64,000 bases of DNA from Candidatus Nanosyncoccaceae bacterium (GTDB lineage: Bacteria > Patescibacteriota > Saccharimonadia > Saccharimonadales > Saccharimonadaceae): assembly GCA_045603785.1 (NCBI GenBank), contig JAZUMV010000001.1, positions 9,343-73,342 of the forward strand, given 5' to 3'. Positions 26,419-34,945 of this stretch are shown piece after piece (the stretch's first letter is position 1; each line of letters begins with the position of its first letter). The position numbers and the translations under genes are program-made. The notes beneath the pieces were generated by a model that made no database searches, had not been told where the DNA came from, and saw nothing but the letters and a program-made list of their open reading frames with translations.

Positions 26419-27006
26419 ATGAAAGAAACCAAAACAAAGAGCAAGACTAAGGAGATTGCTCGAATTGCCGCTGAGGCAGTGAGGCGGGTGACGGTCTTGA
26501 ATCCCGAACTGGGCGCTCAGGTCGAAGGCGATTGTGTTGTTGTGATTGGCGTTGAACCGCTGTGTCGCAATGCGAGAGCCGAATTCGGCATGCCCCGGGG
26601 AGTGATCAAGATCGACGAGGAGTGGCTGCAGCATCCACAGAATAAGGCTGTTCGCGCGAGATGTATGACCGATGCGGTCGGAAAGCTGTTTGCTTGCTCG
26701 TGGAATGGTCGCCACCACCTCGGTATTTCCAGTTATGTAGGCAATCGTAGCTCTGGGGTAGGCAACCGTCGTGGCTGCCTGGGCTTCAATGTTCGCAGAA
26801 AGTTCGGCCTGTTTGGCTGGATGAGAAACTGGGCTCGCTGCTATGTCTCGGTATTCTGTACGTCGCTCTCTGACGAGCAGAATGAGTCGCTGGCTTGCTT
26901 TGCTGCAAGATGCCTGATGGAGCTTGCTGAACAGGAAGAAACCGAAGAAGCTGTCGCGCCGGCAAAGGTCCAAGATTCCGAACAACCGGTGAGGGTACGG
27001 TTGTAA
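26419..27006 (+). CDS. Hypothetical protein (195 aa); strand choice uncertain
   Basis: AAGGAG lies 13 nt upstream and the terminator at 27026-27053 follows. An equally long ORF (26398..26985) lies on the opposite strand. Plus is preferred because of the SD, the terminator, and a more protein-like composition. Confidence 0.45.
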   Translation: MKETKTKSKTKEIARIAAEAVRRVTVLNPELGAQVEGDCVVVIGVEPLCRNARAEFGMPRGVIKIDEEWLQHPQNKAVRARCMTDAVGKLFACSWNGRHHLGISSYVGNRSSGVGNRRGCLGFNVRRKFGLFGWMRNWARCYVSVFCTSLSDEQNESLACFAARCLMELAEQEETEEAVAPAKVQDSEQPVRVRL

Positions 27007-27025
27007 AAATAATCCCTCTTTATAT

Positions 27026-27053
27026 ATCCTCGGAGCTTGCTCCGGGGATTTTC
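27026..27053 (+). terminator. Intrinsic terminator (plus strand)
   Basis: atcctcggag-cttg-ctccggggat stem followed by tttt. Confidence 0.65.
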
Positions 27054-27061
27054 TCAGTCTT

Positions 27062-27083
27062 AAAAAACCTCCCTTTTGGGAGG
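27062..27083 (-). terminator. Intrinsic terminator for topA
   Basis: cctccc-tttt-gggagg; on the minus strand it is followed by tttttt. Confidence 0.65.
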
Positions 27084-27089
27084 CTTCTT

Positions 27090-29408
27090 TTATTTCTTTG
27101 TAGTTTTTTTCGCCGTAGTCTTTTTGGCGGTTGTTTTCTTCGCTGTGGCTTTCTTGCGGGTAGCTGGGCGACGAGTAGTTTTCTTTGGCTTATTTTCAAG
27201 CATTTCTTTTGCCTGCTCTTCCGTAATTGTCTTCGGATCCATGTCTTTTGGTATGCGGACATTATTACGGCGGCCTGGGCCTTTGACGTATGGACCATAA
27301 GCGCCGTTAATAATCTGGATGTCTCCCCAATCGGCAATGTAGCTATCACGTTTGGCAATATATAGCGGTTCGGCTTGTTCGAGTGTGATTGTGTATGGAT
27401 CGAAGGTCTCTTCGGCACTCTTCATTGGAACATTGTATTTACCGGCTTTTAGATATGGGCCAAATGGACCAGCGGCGGCAATGATTTCCATACCATCAGC
27501 AGCCTTGCCGAGTGAGCGTGGAAGCTGTGGTAGTTCGAGCTGCTTGAGGGCCTGTTCGAGCGTGACAGTCTTAACGGATTTGCGCTTTGGTAATGGCGCG
27601 AAGCGTGGTTTTTCGCCAGATTCTTTCTCGTTTTCGCCAAGTTGAATGAAGCCACCGTTTTTGCCAACCTTAGCATAGATAGTTTTGCCGGTCTTTGGAT
27701 CGTGACCAAGGACACGAGCGTTATTGTAGCGTTCAATACCTTCAGCGGCGAGGACCTCATCATTAAATGGGCCATAGAAATCTCTGAGCATCTTAACGCG
27801 GTCGAGCTTCTCTTCTGCGATAAGGTCAAGGTCCTTTTCGATATTGGCTGTAAATTTGTAGTCGACAATATTCTTGAAGTTTTCGGTTAGGAAGCCGGAA
27901 ATAAGTTCGCCGATTGGTGTTGGTAGGAGCTTGCCCTTATTGGCACCAAATTTTTCTTTGACGGCTTCTTTGGTAATATTGCTGCCTTCAAGGCGGTACT
28001 CGACAACATCGCGCTCTTCGCCTTCGCTTTCGCCCTTAACGACATAGCCTCGGGTCTGAATAGCGGTCATAATGCTTGTGTAGGTACTCGGGCGGCCAAT
28101 GCCGAGCTTCTCGAGCTCTTTAACGAGTGAACCTTCGGTGTAGCGAGCTGGAGCCTTACTGAAGGTCTGGTGTGCGGTAATTACCTTTGCTTCAACAGTT
28201 TCGCCAACCTTAAGGTCTGGCAATTCGCTTTCTTTGAGGCGGCCATAAACTTTGAGGAAGCCATCAAAAGTAACGACTTCGCCCTTCCCTTCGAAGACAT
28301 ATTCGGTTGGCGTACTGACGGTGAGTGTGGTTTTGGCAAGCTCGGCGTCTGCCATCTGAGTTGACAATGCGCGAGCGCGAATCAAGGCATAGAGATGTTG
28401 CTCGTAAGTATTCTTGCCGGCAGTTTCGACGGAAATATTGGTTGGGCGAATCGCTTCGTGTGCTTCCTGTGCACTGGCGTCTTTAGTCTTGAAATTGCGA
28501 ACTTTAAGATATTCTTTACCGTATTTATGTTCGATATAGTCCGCCATGGAAGCAATAGCCTGCTTGCTGAGGTTAAGGGAGTCGGTACGGTGATAGGTAA
28601 TAAGACCGGCCTGATAAAGTGATTGGGCGGCGGTCATGGTTGTGCGGGTCGAGTAACCGAGGCGGCTGTTGGCTTCAATCTGCATGCTTGCGGTCGTGAA
28701 TGGCGGCGCTGGTTTGCGAGTGCCTGGGGTATGGTCAACGGCGCTGACGATATATTTAGCATCAATAAGCTTTTCGAGGAAGGCTTTAACTTCTTCTTCG
28801 GTATCGAAAGAATGGTTGAGGGTAGCTGGGAAACCAAAATCGCCGACAACTTTATAAGTGTATTTACTAGTGAATTTTTCAATGCTCTGCTCGCGTTCGA
28901 CGATAAGGCGAAGGGCTGGGCTCTGAACGCGACCGGCGGAAATGGCGCCTGGGACTTTTTTACGGACAATGCCAGAAAGGTCGAACCCGACGAGCATATC
29001 TAGAGTTTGGCGGGCTTGCTGGCTGGAAACCATCGCCATATTGACCGTGCGTGGGTGCTGGATGGCGTTTTCGAGCGCGGACTTGGTAATTTCATGGAAA
29101 GTAATGCGGGCAGTATCTGTAGGAAGTTTAAGGACCTGCGTGAGGTGCCAAGAGATAGCTTCCCCTTCGCGGTCTTCATCTGTTGCGAGCCAGACTTTAT
29201 CGCAAGACTTCATGGCTTTCTTAAGATCGGCAATGATGGATTTATGACCTGGGTCAATTTCGTAGGTGACGTCAAAGGTGTTTTTGTCTACCTTAGTATC
29301 TTTGCGAATATGGCCAACGGAAGCTAAGACCTGAAAATCTGAACCGAGGTATTTCTCGATCGTGTGGGCTTTCGCAGGAGACTCGACGATAACTAAGTTT
29401 TTGCTCAT
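27090..29408 (-). CDS. topA: DNA topoisomerase I with a Lys-rich repeat tail
   Basis: LVIVESPAKAHTIEKYLG (TOPRIM), ATDEDREGEAISWH, ITYHRTDS (catalytic Tyr region), tail KKATAKKTTAKKTTAKKTTKK. Confidence 0.93.
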   Translation of the reverse strand: MSKNLVIVESPAKAHTIEKYLGSDFQVLASVGHIRKDTKVDKNTFDVTYEIDPGHKSIIADLKKAMKSCDKVWLATDEDREGEAISWHLTQVLKLPTDTARITFHEITKSALENAIQHPRTVNMAMVSSQQARQTLDMLVGFDLSGIVRKKVPGAISAGRVQSPALRLIVEREQSIEKFTSKYTYKVVGDFGFPATLNHSFDTEEEVKAFLEKLIDAKYIVSAVDHTPGTRKPAPPFTTASMQIEANSRLGYSTRTTMTAAQSLYQAGLITYHRTDSLNLSKQAIASMADYIEHKYGKEYLKVRNFKTKDASAQEAHEAIRPTNISVETAGKNTYEQHLYALIRARALSTQMADAELAKTTLTVSTPTEYVFEGKGEVVTFDGFLKVYGRLKESELPDLKVGETVEAKVITAHQTFSKAPARYTEGSLVKELEKLGIGRPSTYTSIMTAIQTRGYVVKGESEGEERDVVEYRLEGSNITKEAVKEKFGANKGKLLPTPIGELISGFLTENFKNIVDYKFTANIEKDLDLIAEEKLDRVKMLRDFYGPFNDEVLAAEGIERYNNARVLGHDPKTGKTIYAKVGKNGGFIQLGENEKESGEKPRFAPLPKRKSVKTVTLEQALKQLELPQLPRSLGKAADGMEIIAAAGPFGPYLKAGKYNVPMKSAEETFDPYTITLEQAEPLYIAKRDSYIADWGDIQIINGAYGPYVKGPGRRNNVRIPKDMDPKTITEEQAKEMLENKPKKTTRRPATRKKATAKKTTAKKTTAKKTTKK

Positions 29409-29425
29409 ATTAATTTATAATAACA

Positions 29426-29457
29426 TAAAAATATCCCCCGTTTTGCAACGGGGGATA
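29426..29457 (-). terminator. Intrinsic terminator downstream of the 29597 gene; near-identical copy at 46447
   Basis: tatcccccg-ttttgcaa-cgggggata; on the minus strand it is followed by a T-run. Confidence 0.6.
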
Positions 29458-29596
29458 ATATAGTCTAGAACTCTAGTGGATTCGGGATTGGGGTTCGCTT
29501 TCCCTTTCCTTCTTCCTATATATAAATCGCCTTGCGTTCGCTAGACCGAACGCCGCGCCTTGTACTCCGTAATGGGAGTCATATTGGAGTCAAATA

Positions 29597-30733
29597 TCAC
29601 TCCTGGTCGACGGTAGCTGGGAGATCGGGAGTGGAGTTTGCCTTAATGGCATCACTCCATCTCCTGTTCTTCTCTTGCCAGTCGTCCACAAGTCTCTTGT
29701 GGATGGCAGCATAGTCGAAGCCCTGCGCCGAAGCGGCTGCGATGCCGTTGTCGAGCCAGAGCCTGAGCGCGTCGTCGGTGTCGATCCGGCTGGAGCTGTG
29801 ATATCTCCTCGGTCGACCGAGAGAATCGAAGTCGTAGGGGTCGCCCTTGGCATACCCAGTGAAGGGGTTGTTGGGGCTAATATATACCCACTTGTCCCGG
29901 ACCATGAGCCAATCATTGGCGTCTGTAAAAAACAGGTCCATGACGCGGCTGATGCTACGTCCTCGTGTGTCGTAGAATACGACGCCGCGCTGACTCTCGC
30001 CAGCGTCATCCGTATAATCGAACCAAGAGGCTAGGATGGGCCTCAGACGTCCGTCTGCTGTCCTGCAACAGAACGGAACAAGGCTATCCTTGTCGCCGGC
30101 GGCGTTGAAGGCTCGGAGGGCCTCGCGCGCGCTGCGGGCTTCCACCGCAAGCTGGTTGAGCTGACCGACGATGCTTTCAGACTCGCAACGCAACGTATCG
30201 TATGCCGAATCGATGTCGATGCGGTTGTTGATGCTAGCGAGCTGTCCCTGCTTATCCTTGATCTCCTTGGCGAGCATCTCGTTCTCCGTCGTCAGGCGCT
30301 CATGCTCCTCGACGAGTCGCGGGATGCTCTCGTGCTTCTCCTCGATATCGATGTAGTCGTAGGCCATGCCGAGGATATCGTCGAAGCTGAGGTTCTCGCC
30401 CCGCAACTCGCGGAACAGGTCAAAAATGACCAGGTTCACGCGCATCGGGGCGGCGATATAGAACGCCGCTACCGCGCTCACGATGGTGATGGCGGCCAGT
30501 GCTACGGTGTACATCTCCATCTCCCACGTAGCGGAAACGCCCGTGTATACGAGCGTTGCGCACGCTGCGGTGGCGATGGCGCTGATCGCGCTAACGATGG
30601 TGCTGACCACGAACAGGATGTACTGCGTGTACGCAGATGTCTTGTTCAGGCGCGGGCGGGCTTCCTGTTTGGCGAACGCAAACTTGAAGCAGCTGGCGCT
30701 GTGGGGCAGGCGGACATTTTTCTTGGCGCTCAT
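29597..30733 (-). CDS. Hypothetical GC-rich membrane/coiled-coil protein (378 aa)
   Basis: Start at MSAKKNV with AAGGAG 7 nt upstream. Two TM segments (YILFVVSTIVSAISAIATAACATLVY and YTVALAAITIVSAVAAFYIAAP), a coiled coil (EEHERLTTENEMLAKEIKDKQGQLASI), and an unknown C-terminal domain. Four hand-counted 60-nt lines give about 60-65% GC. Confidence 0.6.
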   Translation of the reverse strand: MSAKKNVRLPHSASCFKFAFAKQEARPRLNKTSAYTQYILFVVSTIVSAISAIATAACATLVYTGVSATWEMEMYTVALAAITIVSAVAAFYIAAPMRVNLVIFDLFRELRGENLSFDDILGMAYDYIDIEEKHESIPRLVEEHERLTTENEMLAKEIKDKQGQLASINNRIDIDSAYDTLRCESESIVGQLNQLAVEARSAREALRAFNAAGDKDSLVPFCCRTADGRLRPILASWFDYTDDAGESQRGVVFYDTRGRSISRVMDLFFTDANDWLMVRDKWVYISPNNPFTGYAKGDPYDFDSLGRPRRYHSSSRIDTDDALRLWLDNGIAAASAQGFDYAAIHKRLVDDWQEKNRRWSDAIKANSTPDLPATVDQE

Positions 30734-30887
30734 AATATGGCTCCTTCTCTCCCGAAGTCCATCGGGTGCTGAGATGTGTAGGTTCATACAACGCGTTCTT
30801 TTTGCGAACCACTCCTTTTTATATATCTAGAGTGAATTAAAGAACGTTAGATTTAATCACCGAAACAGTGATGCGATCAATGCGCAT

Positions 30888-30916
30888 ATTATAGCATATT
30901 TGAACTCAAATGTCAA
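30888..30916 (-). promoter_or_regulatory. Perfect sigma70 consensus promoter TTGACA-17-TATAAT driving the 29597-30733 gene
   Basis: On the minus strand: TTGACA (30916-30911), 17-nt spacer, TATAAT (30893-30888). This leaves a ~150-nt 5' UTR. Confidence 0.7.
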
Positions 30917-30940
30917 TAATGTTAAGATTTTTAAGACATC

Positions 30941-31234
30941 AAAAAGCCCCAGGTAAGGGTGGGCATCACCTGGGGCTATTTGACCCTTTAACACACCTCC
31001 TAAGGCAACCGGGATAGACCCGGAGCGTGACCCACCTCACACATGGGGTCCGCCGGTTAAAGGGATTGCTAGCTCTAGAAAGAACTCTAAGTGGAGGTAA
31101 TACTTTTCACTTTAAGCGTTATAGATACTTAAAGGCTGAGTACTTTCTAAAGCACGCAACACTTGCTAGAATAATACTAGCAATGTCTATGGGTTATTTA
31201 GGTGCGGCTTTTTGATCCTTGCGGACCAAAAACT
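30941..31234 (-). ncRNA. Unclassified ~290-nt candidate ncRNA (promoter-to-terminator unit without an ORF)
   Basis: Promoter at 31241-31269 and terminator gccccaggt/acctggggc plus T-run at 30941-30976. Multiple hairpins: GCAA-capped uuuuugguccGCAAggaucaaaaa, ttgctag/ctagcaa, ctttaag/cttaaag, and a GC-rich multistem ccctttaac...gttaaaggg. The longest ATG ORF is ~14 codons and has no SD. Confidence 0.55.
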
Positions 31235-31240
31235 ACCTAG

Positions 31241-31269
31241 ATAATAGCACATATTTGCTTTTTGGTCAA
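31241..31269 (-). promoter_or_regulatory. sigma70-like promoter TTGACC-17-TATTAT
   Basis: On the minus strand: TTGACC (31269-31264), 17-nt spacer, TATTAT (31246-31241). Confidence 0.65.
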
Positions 31270-31398
31270 CACTTTTTGCAACTTTTTTCCAAAAATCAAG
31301 CGATTTTGGCGATTTTTCCTATCTGATGGCTGTTTGCTAACAGAGGTCAAAGTGCTTATTGTTATTTTTCGAAAATATTGTATAAAATTGGCGAATTT

Positions 31399-31914
31399 TT
31401 AATATTTTGCAATAAAATCGCGGATTTCGCCAAGGATTTTTGGTAGTTTTTCCTTCTCTTCCGGCGTATATTTGGACAAAACAAAGTCAACATCGCCGGT
31501 CTTGCGGCGCAATTCGTCATTAGCGGTGCCGACGCGGAGGCGTGGGAAATCTTCCGTACCAAGTTCGGCGATCATGGATTTGAGACCGTTATTGCCGCCA
31601 GCGCTGCCTTTTTCGCGGAAGCGGAGCTTGCCGAATTCCAGATTGAAATCGTCACAGATAACTAAGAAATCGTTTGGTTGGAGTTTATAGAAGTTCATAA
31701 TGGCGCGCGCGGAGCGACCGACTTCGTTATAGAAAGTCTGGGCTTTTACGAATAAGAAATCGCCTGATTTTGCGGTTTGGCAGAGGAATTTGGGAGTATC
31801 CTTCCATTCGAGTTTCTCGCATTTGGCATAAAAATCTAGCGCCAAGAAACCTGTGTTGTGACGCGTCCAATTATACTGGCTGCCTGGGTTGCCAAATCCG
31901 ATAATGACCTTCAT
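31399..31914 (-). CDS. pth: Peptidyl-tRNA hydrolase
   Basis: MKVIIGFGNPGSQYNWTRHNTGF, FVKAQTFYNEVG, GSAGGNNGLKS. Start at MKVII; TATACT lies 6 nt upstream, suggesting a leaderless mRNA. Confidence 0.9.
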   Translation of the reverse strand: MKVIIGFGNPGSQYNWTRHNTGFLALDFYAKCEKLEWKDTPKFLCQTAKSGDFLFVKAQTFYNEVGRSARAIMNFYKLQPNDFLVICDDFNLEFGKLRFREKGSAGGNNGLKSMIAELGTEDFPRLRVGTANDELRRKTGDVDFVLSKYTPEEKEKLPKILGEIRDFIAKY

Positions 31915-31928
31915 GGGGTCAGTATAGC

Positions 31929-31958
31929 AAAAAAATACCCCTGGGTCGAACCCAGGGG
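31929..31958 (-). terminator. Intrinsic terminator after the PhoH-like gene
   Basis: cccctggg-tcgaa-cccagggg; on the minus strand it is followed by tattttttt. Confidence 0.75.
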
Positions 31959-32005
31959 CCATAGCAATATATTGGTAGAAGAAGTCTTATGGAACCTGCA
32001 AATGA

Positions 32006-33448
32006 TTAGCCGAGGAACTTAGCGATCTCCTTGGATGCCTTGGAACGAGTGATCTCGCCCTCGTGCATCGTGATGATAGCTGCATACTCGGAGCCACGCA
32101 TTTTGTTGGCTGCGTAGCTGAGGCCGTTGCTCTGCTTGCCAAGGTGGCGGTTATATATCTGCTCGGGGTCGCCCATAATGAGCATCTTAGAGCCGTCAGC
32201 CTCACGCTTCATGAACTGATTCATCTGGAAGCGCTCAAATTCCTGAGCCTCGTCCAAAATGATCCACATGTTAGACAGCGAACGGCCACCCATATGAATA
32301 GCAGAAACGAACTCGAAGTATTCCTTGATGTAGTTCTCGATGTCCTTTTTGATTTGAGCGCGACCCTTGAGTGCGCCGCCCTTCTCTTTGTCGCCACGAA
32401 GTCTGAGGAAGGTTTCGAAGTTATCGATAATGGGCATAGCCTTGGCAAGAGTCTTAGCGGTTTCGTCTCCGGGCAGGAATCCGATTTCTTTTCCAAGCTC
32501 GGAGTCTCTGGGGCATACAAAGATTGCGTCGTATCTGGGTTTCTTGTCGAAGATGGTCAGCAGTACGCCGATGGCAGTAGCCAGGAAAGTTTTGCCAACG
32601 CCAAAGGTGCTCGGACAGATGACAATGGGGATTTCCTCTGCGGGAGCCATCAAGGCCTCTGCGAACATCGCCTGGCCGGCCGTGCGGAGCTGGAGATACT
32701 TCGGCAGATCATGGATGTAGTGAATCTGCTGAATAACCCATTCGTCGATAATTTCGCCGTCCTCGTTTTCTCTTTCGATGTGCTGATATCTGCCAATGTA
32801 GTAGGTGAAGTGCCTCTTTTCTGTCTCGAGATCTTCGAACGGCATAAACTCGACGAACTCATTCGGGCTGAGCTCGGGCTCGTCCGGAAATTCCGCCTTG
32901 AACATCTCTTCTGTGATGTAGCCGACTTTGCACCATTTATTCATGGAGTCTTTCGTGAGCTGCACTTTTCTGCGGCCTGTATAGACTTCCGGATTAATGT
33001 GTGCAACGTCGATGTCTTCGAGTGAGGCAAAAGCGACCAGTGTGTTGTCACCAGTCAGGATTGCCAAATTATCCTTGTCGGGCTGCTCGGAGTGCTCAAT
33101 AAACCAGCGAGCGGCTCGAACGGTAACTTCTGTCGTGCTTTTGGGTTCGCCATCGTACTCGGTCTGGAAGATGATGCGCATACCATTGTCGCAAACATAT
33201 TCCTCGCCATTGCTCTGATGGATCTGCTCGAGGATTTTGGCAAAGCTTGCGATGAGCTTCTGTGCGGCCTCGCCGCGGTTAGAGAGCTCGTCTCTGAATT
33301 GCCGGCATCGCTCGATGTAGTGCGCCGGAATGATCATCATCTCAGCCTTCTGCTTGGTCACGGCAAGAGGCGTGAGGATGTCAGGATCGCCGATAAGAGC
33401 GTCCAATCCGGGGACAATATACTTGTGTCGCTTTTCTTGATCAGTCAT
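32006..33448 (-). CDS. PhoH-family ATPase with an N-terminal PIN-like domain (YlaK/PhoH2-like, divergent)
   Basis: P-loop ICPSTFGVGKTFLA, Walker B-like WIILDEAQEF, MLIMGDPEQIYN, and the C-terminal ITRSKASKEIAKFL are PhoH-like. The ~150-aa N-terminal domain is PIN-sized. AAGGAGGG SD. Confidence 0.6.
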   Translation of the reverse strand: MTDQEKRHKYIVPGLDALIGDPDILTPLAVTKQKAEMMIIPAHYIERCRQFRDELSNRGEAAQKLIASFAKILEQIHQSNGEEYVCDNGMRIIFQTEYDGEPKSTTEVTVRAARWFIEHSEQPDKDNLAILTGDNTLVAFASLEDIDVAHINPEVYTGRRKVQLTKDSMNKWCKVGYITEEMFKAEFPDEPELSPNEFVEFMPFEDLETEKRHFTYYIGRYQHIERENEDGEIIDEWVIQQIHYIHDLPKYLQLRTAGQAMFAEALMAPAEEIPIVICPSTFGVGKTFLATAIGVLLTIFDKKPRYDAIFVCPRDSELGKEIGFLPGDETAKTLAKAMPIIDNFETFLRLRGDKEKGGALKGRAQIKKDIENYIKEYFEFVSAIHMGGRSLSNMWIILDEAQEFERFQMNQFMKREADGSKMLIMGDPEQIYNRHLGKQSNGLSYAANKMRGSEYAAIITMHEGEITRSKASKEIAKFLG

Positions 33449-33508
33449 GTCAAATTCCCTCCTTCGATTTGACGTGCGTTTGTGCTTCTACCAATGTGAA
33501 TGTTCTAC

Positions 33509-33532
33509 TAAAACAGCTCCGAGAAACGGAGC
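33509..33532 (-). terminator. Intrinsic terminator after der
   Basis: gctccg-agaaa-cggagc; on the minus strand it is followed by gtttta. Confidence 0.55.
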
Positions 33533-33577
33533 CGTTCAGTAGTGTTACTATAACACGATTTACAGATAAGACAAAGC

Positions 33578-34888
33578 TTAATCGCGATTGCGGAAGGAGA
33601 AGAAGATTGGCGTGCCGCCGAAATCGTAGGCTTCGCGGAGGCGGCGTTCGAGATAGCGCTTGTAGCTCCAGTGAAGGAGGCTGAGCTCGCTACCGTAGAC
33701 GACGAACCAAGGTGGACAAGTATCGGTCTGAACCATATAGCGGAGCTTAGGATGAGTGTTTTTGAGGCCTGCTGGTGGATGGCTGGCAATGGCGTCCTGG
33801 AGGAGTTTGTTGAGGTCGGAGGTTTTGAGTTCGGCGTGGCGTGATTTATTAATATTCTGGGCAAGTTCGAAGATCTTTATGACATTCTTGCCGGTTTTGG
33901 AGCTAGTCATGACGACTGGAGCATAAGGAATGAAGTTGAAATCATAAGTGAGATTGTCGAGGATGTTTTCAGCGCCATCGTTTTCGAGATCGGTTTTGGT
34001 GACGACGAGGATAATTCCTTTACCTGCTTTGATGATTTCGCCAGCGAGGGTCTGGTCGAGCTTGCAATGTGGCTCAGTGCTATCGACGAGCATGCAGCAG
34101 ACATCGGCTTCTTCAATAGCGGCAAGGGTGCGGAGGGCTGAGAATTTTTCGATGCCAACTTCCCTCTTGCCTGGACGGCGAAGACCGGCGGTATCGAGAA
34201 TCTCGATGCTCTGGCCTTTGTATTTGATAGTCGTGCGATTAATGTCGCGGGTGGTGCCTGCAAGGTTGGCGACGACGGCCTGCTGCTTTTTGGCGAGAGT
34301 ATTAAAGAGAGAGCTCTTTCCTACATTTGGGCGACCAATGAGCGCGAGCTTGAGAGTGTTTTTGCTGTCCTCTAGCTCTTTCTTGCTTGGGGTTTTGAAG
34401 CCGGCATCGTCAAGTTTGCGTGTAATGCGATCGCGGAGATTGTTGAGATTGAGGCCAGTAGTGGCAGAAACGCGGACCATTTCCTTGACGCCAAGCTTAT
34501 AGAATTCTTCGACCGGAAGAGCTTCGCCGAGGTCGGCTTTGTTGAGAAGAAGCAGAACTGGCTTGCCGCTCTTGAGAGCTTTCTTGGCAATGAGCTTGTC
34601 GTCTTGGTTTGGATATTTGGTGCTATCTACAGCAATAAGAATAAGGTCGGATGCGTCGACGGCGTCTTCGATTTGATCTTGAATATGAGATTCGAATTCG
34701 TCTTCGGCATCCTTGAGACCAGCAGTATCGATAAGAGTATAGCGATCGTCTACCCTGCCCATGACATTATCGCGGGTGGTACCTGCTTCGCGCGCAACAA
34801 TAGCCTGCGACTTGCGAACGAGGCGATTAAAGAGGCTAGATTTGCCTGCATTTGTTTGGCCAATAATGGCAACGACGGGTAGACTCAT
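33578..34888 (-). CDS. der: Ribosome-associated GTPase Der (EngA)
   Basis: Two tandem G domains (GQTNAGKSSLFN...DTAGL and GRPNVGKSSLFN...DTAGL) plus a KH-like C-terminus. Confidence 0.92.
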   Translation of the reverse strand: MSLPVVAIIGQTNAGKSSLFNRLVRKSQAIVAREAGTTRDNVMGRVDDRYTLIDTAGLKDAEDEFESHIQDQIEDAVDASDLILIAVDSTKYPNQDDKLIAKKALKSGKPVLLLLNKADLGEALPVEEFYKLGVKEMVRVSATTGLNLNNLRDRITRKLDDAGFKTPSKKELEDSKNTLKLALIGRPNVGKSSLFNTLAKKQQAVVANLAGTTRDINRTTIKYKGQSIEILDTAGLRRPGKREVGIEKFSALRTLAAIEEADVCCMLVDSTEPHCKLDQTLAGEIIKAGKGIILVVTKTDLENDGAENILDNLTYDFNFIPYAPVVMTSSKTGKNVIKIFELAQNINKSRHAELKTSDLNKLLQDAIASHPPAGLKNTHPKLRYMVQTDTCPPWFVVYGSELSLLHWSYKRYLERRLREAYDFGGTPIFFSFRNRD

Positions 34889-34910
34889 AGTGGTTCTATT
34901 GTAGCAAAAT

Positions 34911-34939
34911 TGACAAAAAGTGTAAAGTGTGGTATAATG
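34911..34939 (+). promoter_or_regulatory. Perfect sigma70 consensus promoter TTGACA-17-(TGg)TATAAT with no downstream CDS
   Basis: TTGACA 34911-34916, 17-nt spacer, TATAAT 34934-34939. It points toward the 3' end of the pilin operon. Confidence 0.65.
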
Positions 34940-34945
34940 ATTATA

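Noticed and set aside
31035-31055. T-box-like GAGGUGGGUCACGC in the 290-nt ncRNA candidate
   Set aside because: It only loosely matches the GGGUGGUACCGCG consensus. No specifier-loop or AGAGA features are present, and the downstream gene is not an aaRS or amino-acid gene and has its own promoter.
32063-33025. 320-aa plus-strand ORF
   Set aside because: It is entirely antisense to the PhoH-like CDS, which has clear P-loop and Walker B motifs and an SD. The translation is low-complexity. This is a typical shadow ORF in GC-enriched DNA.
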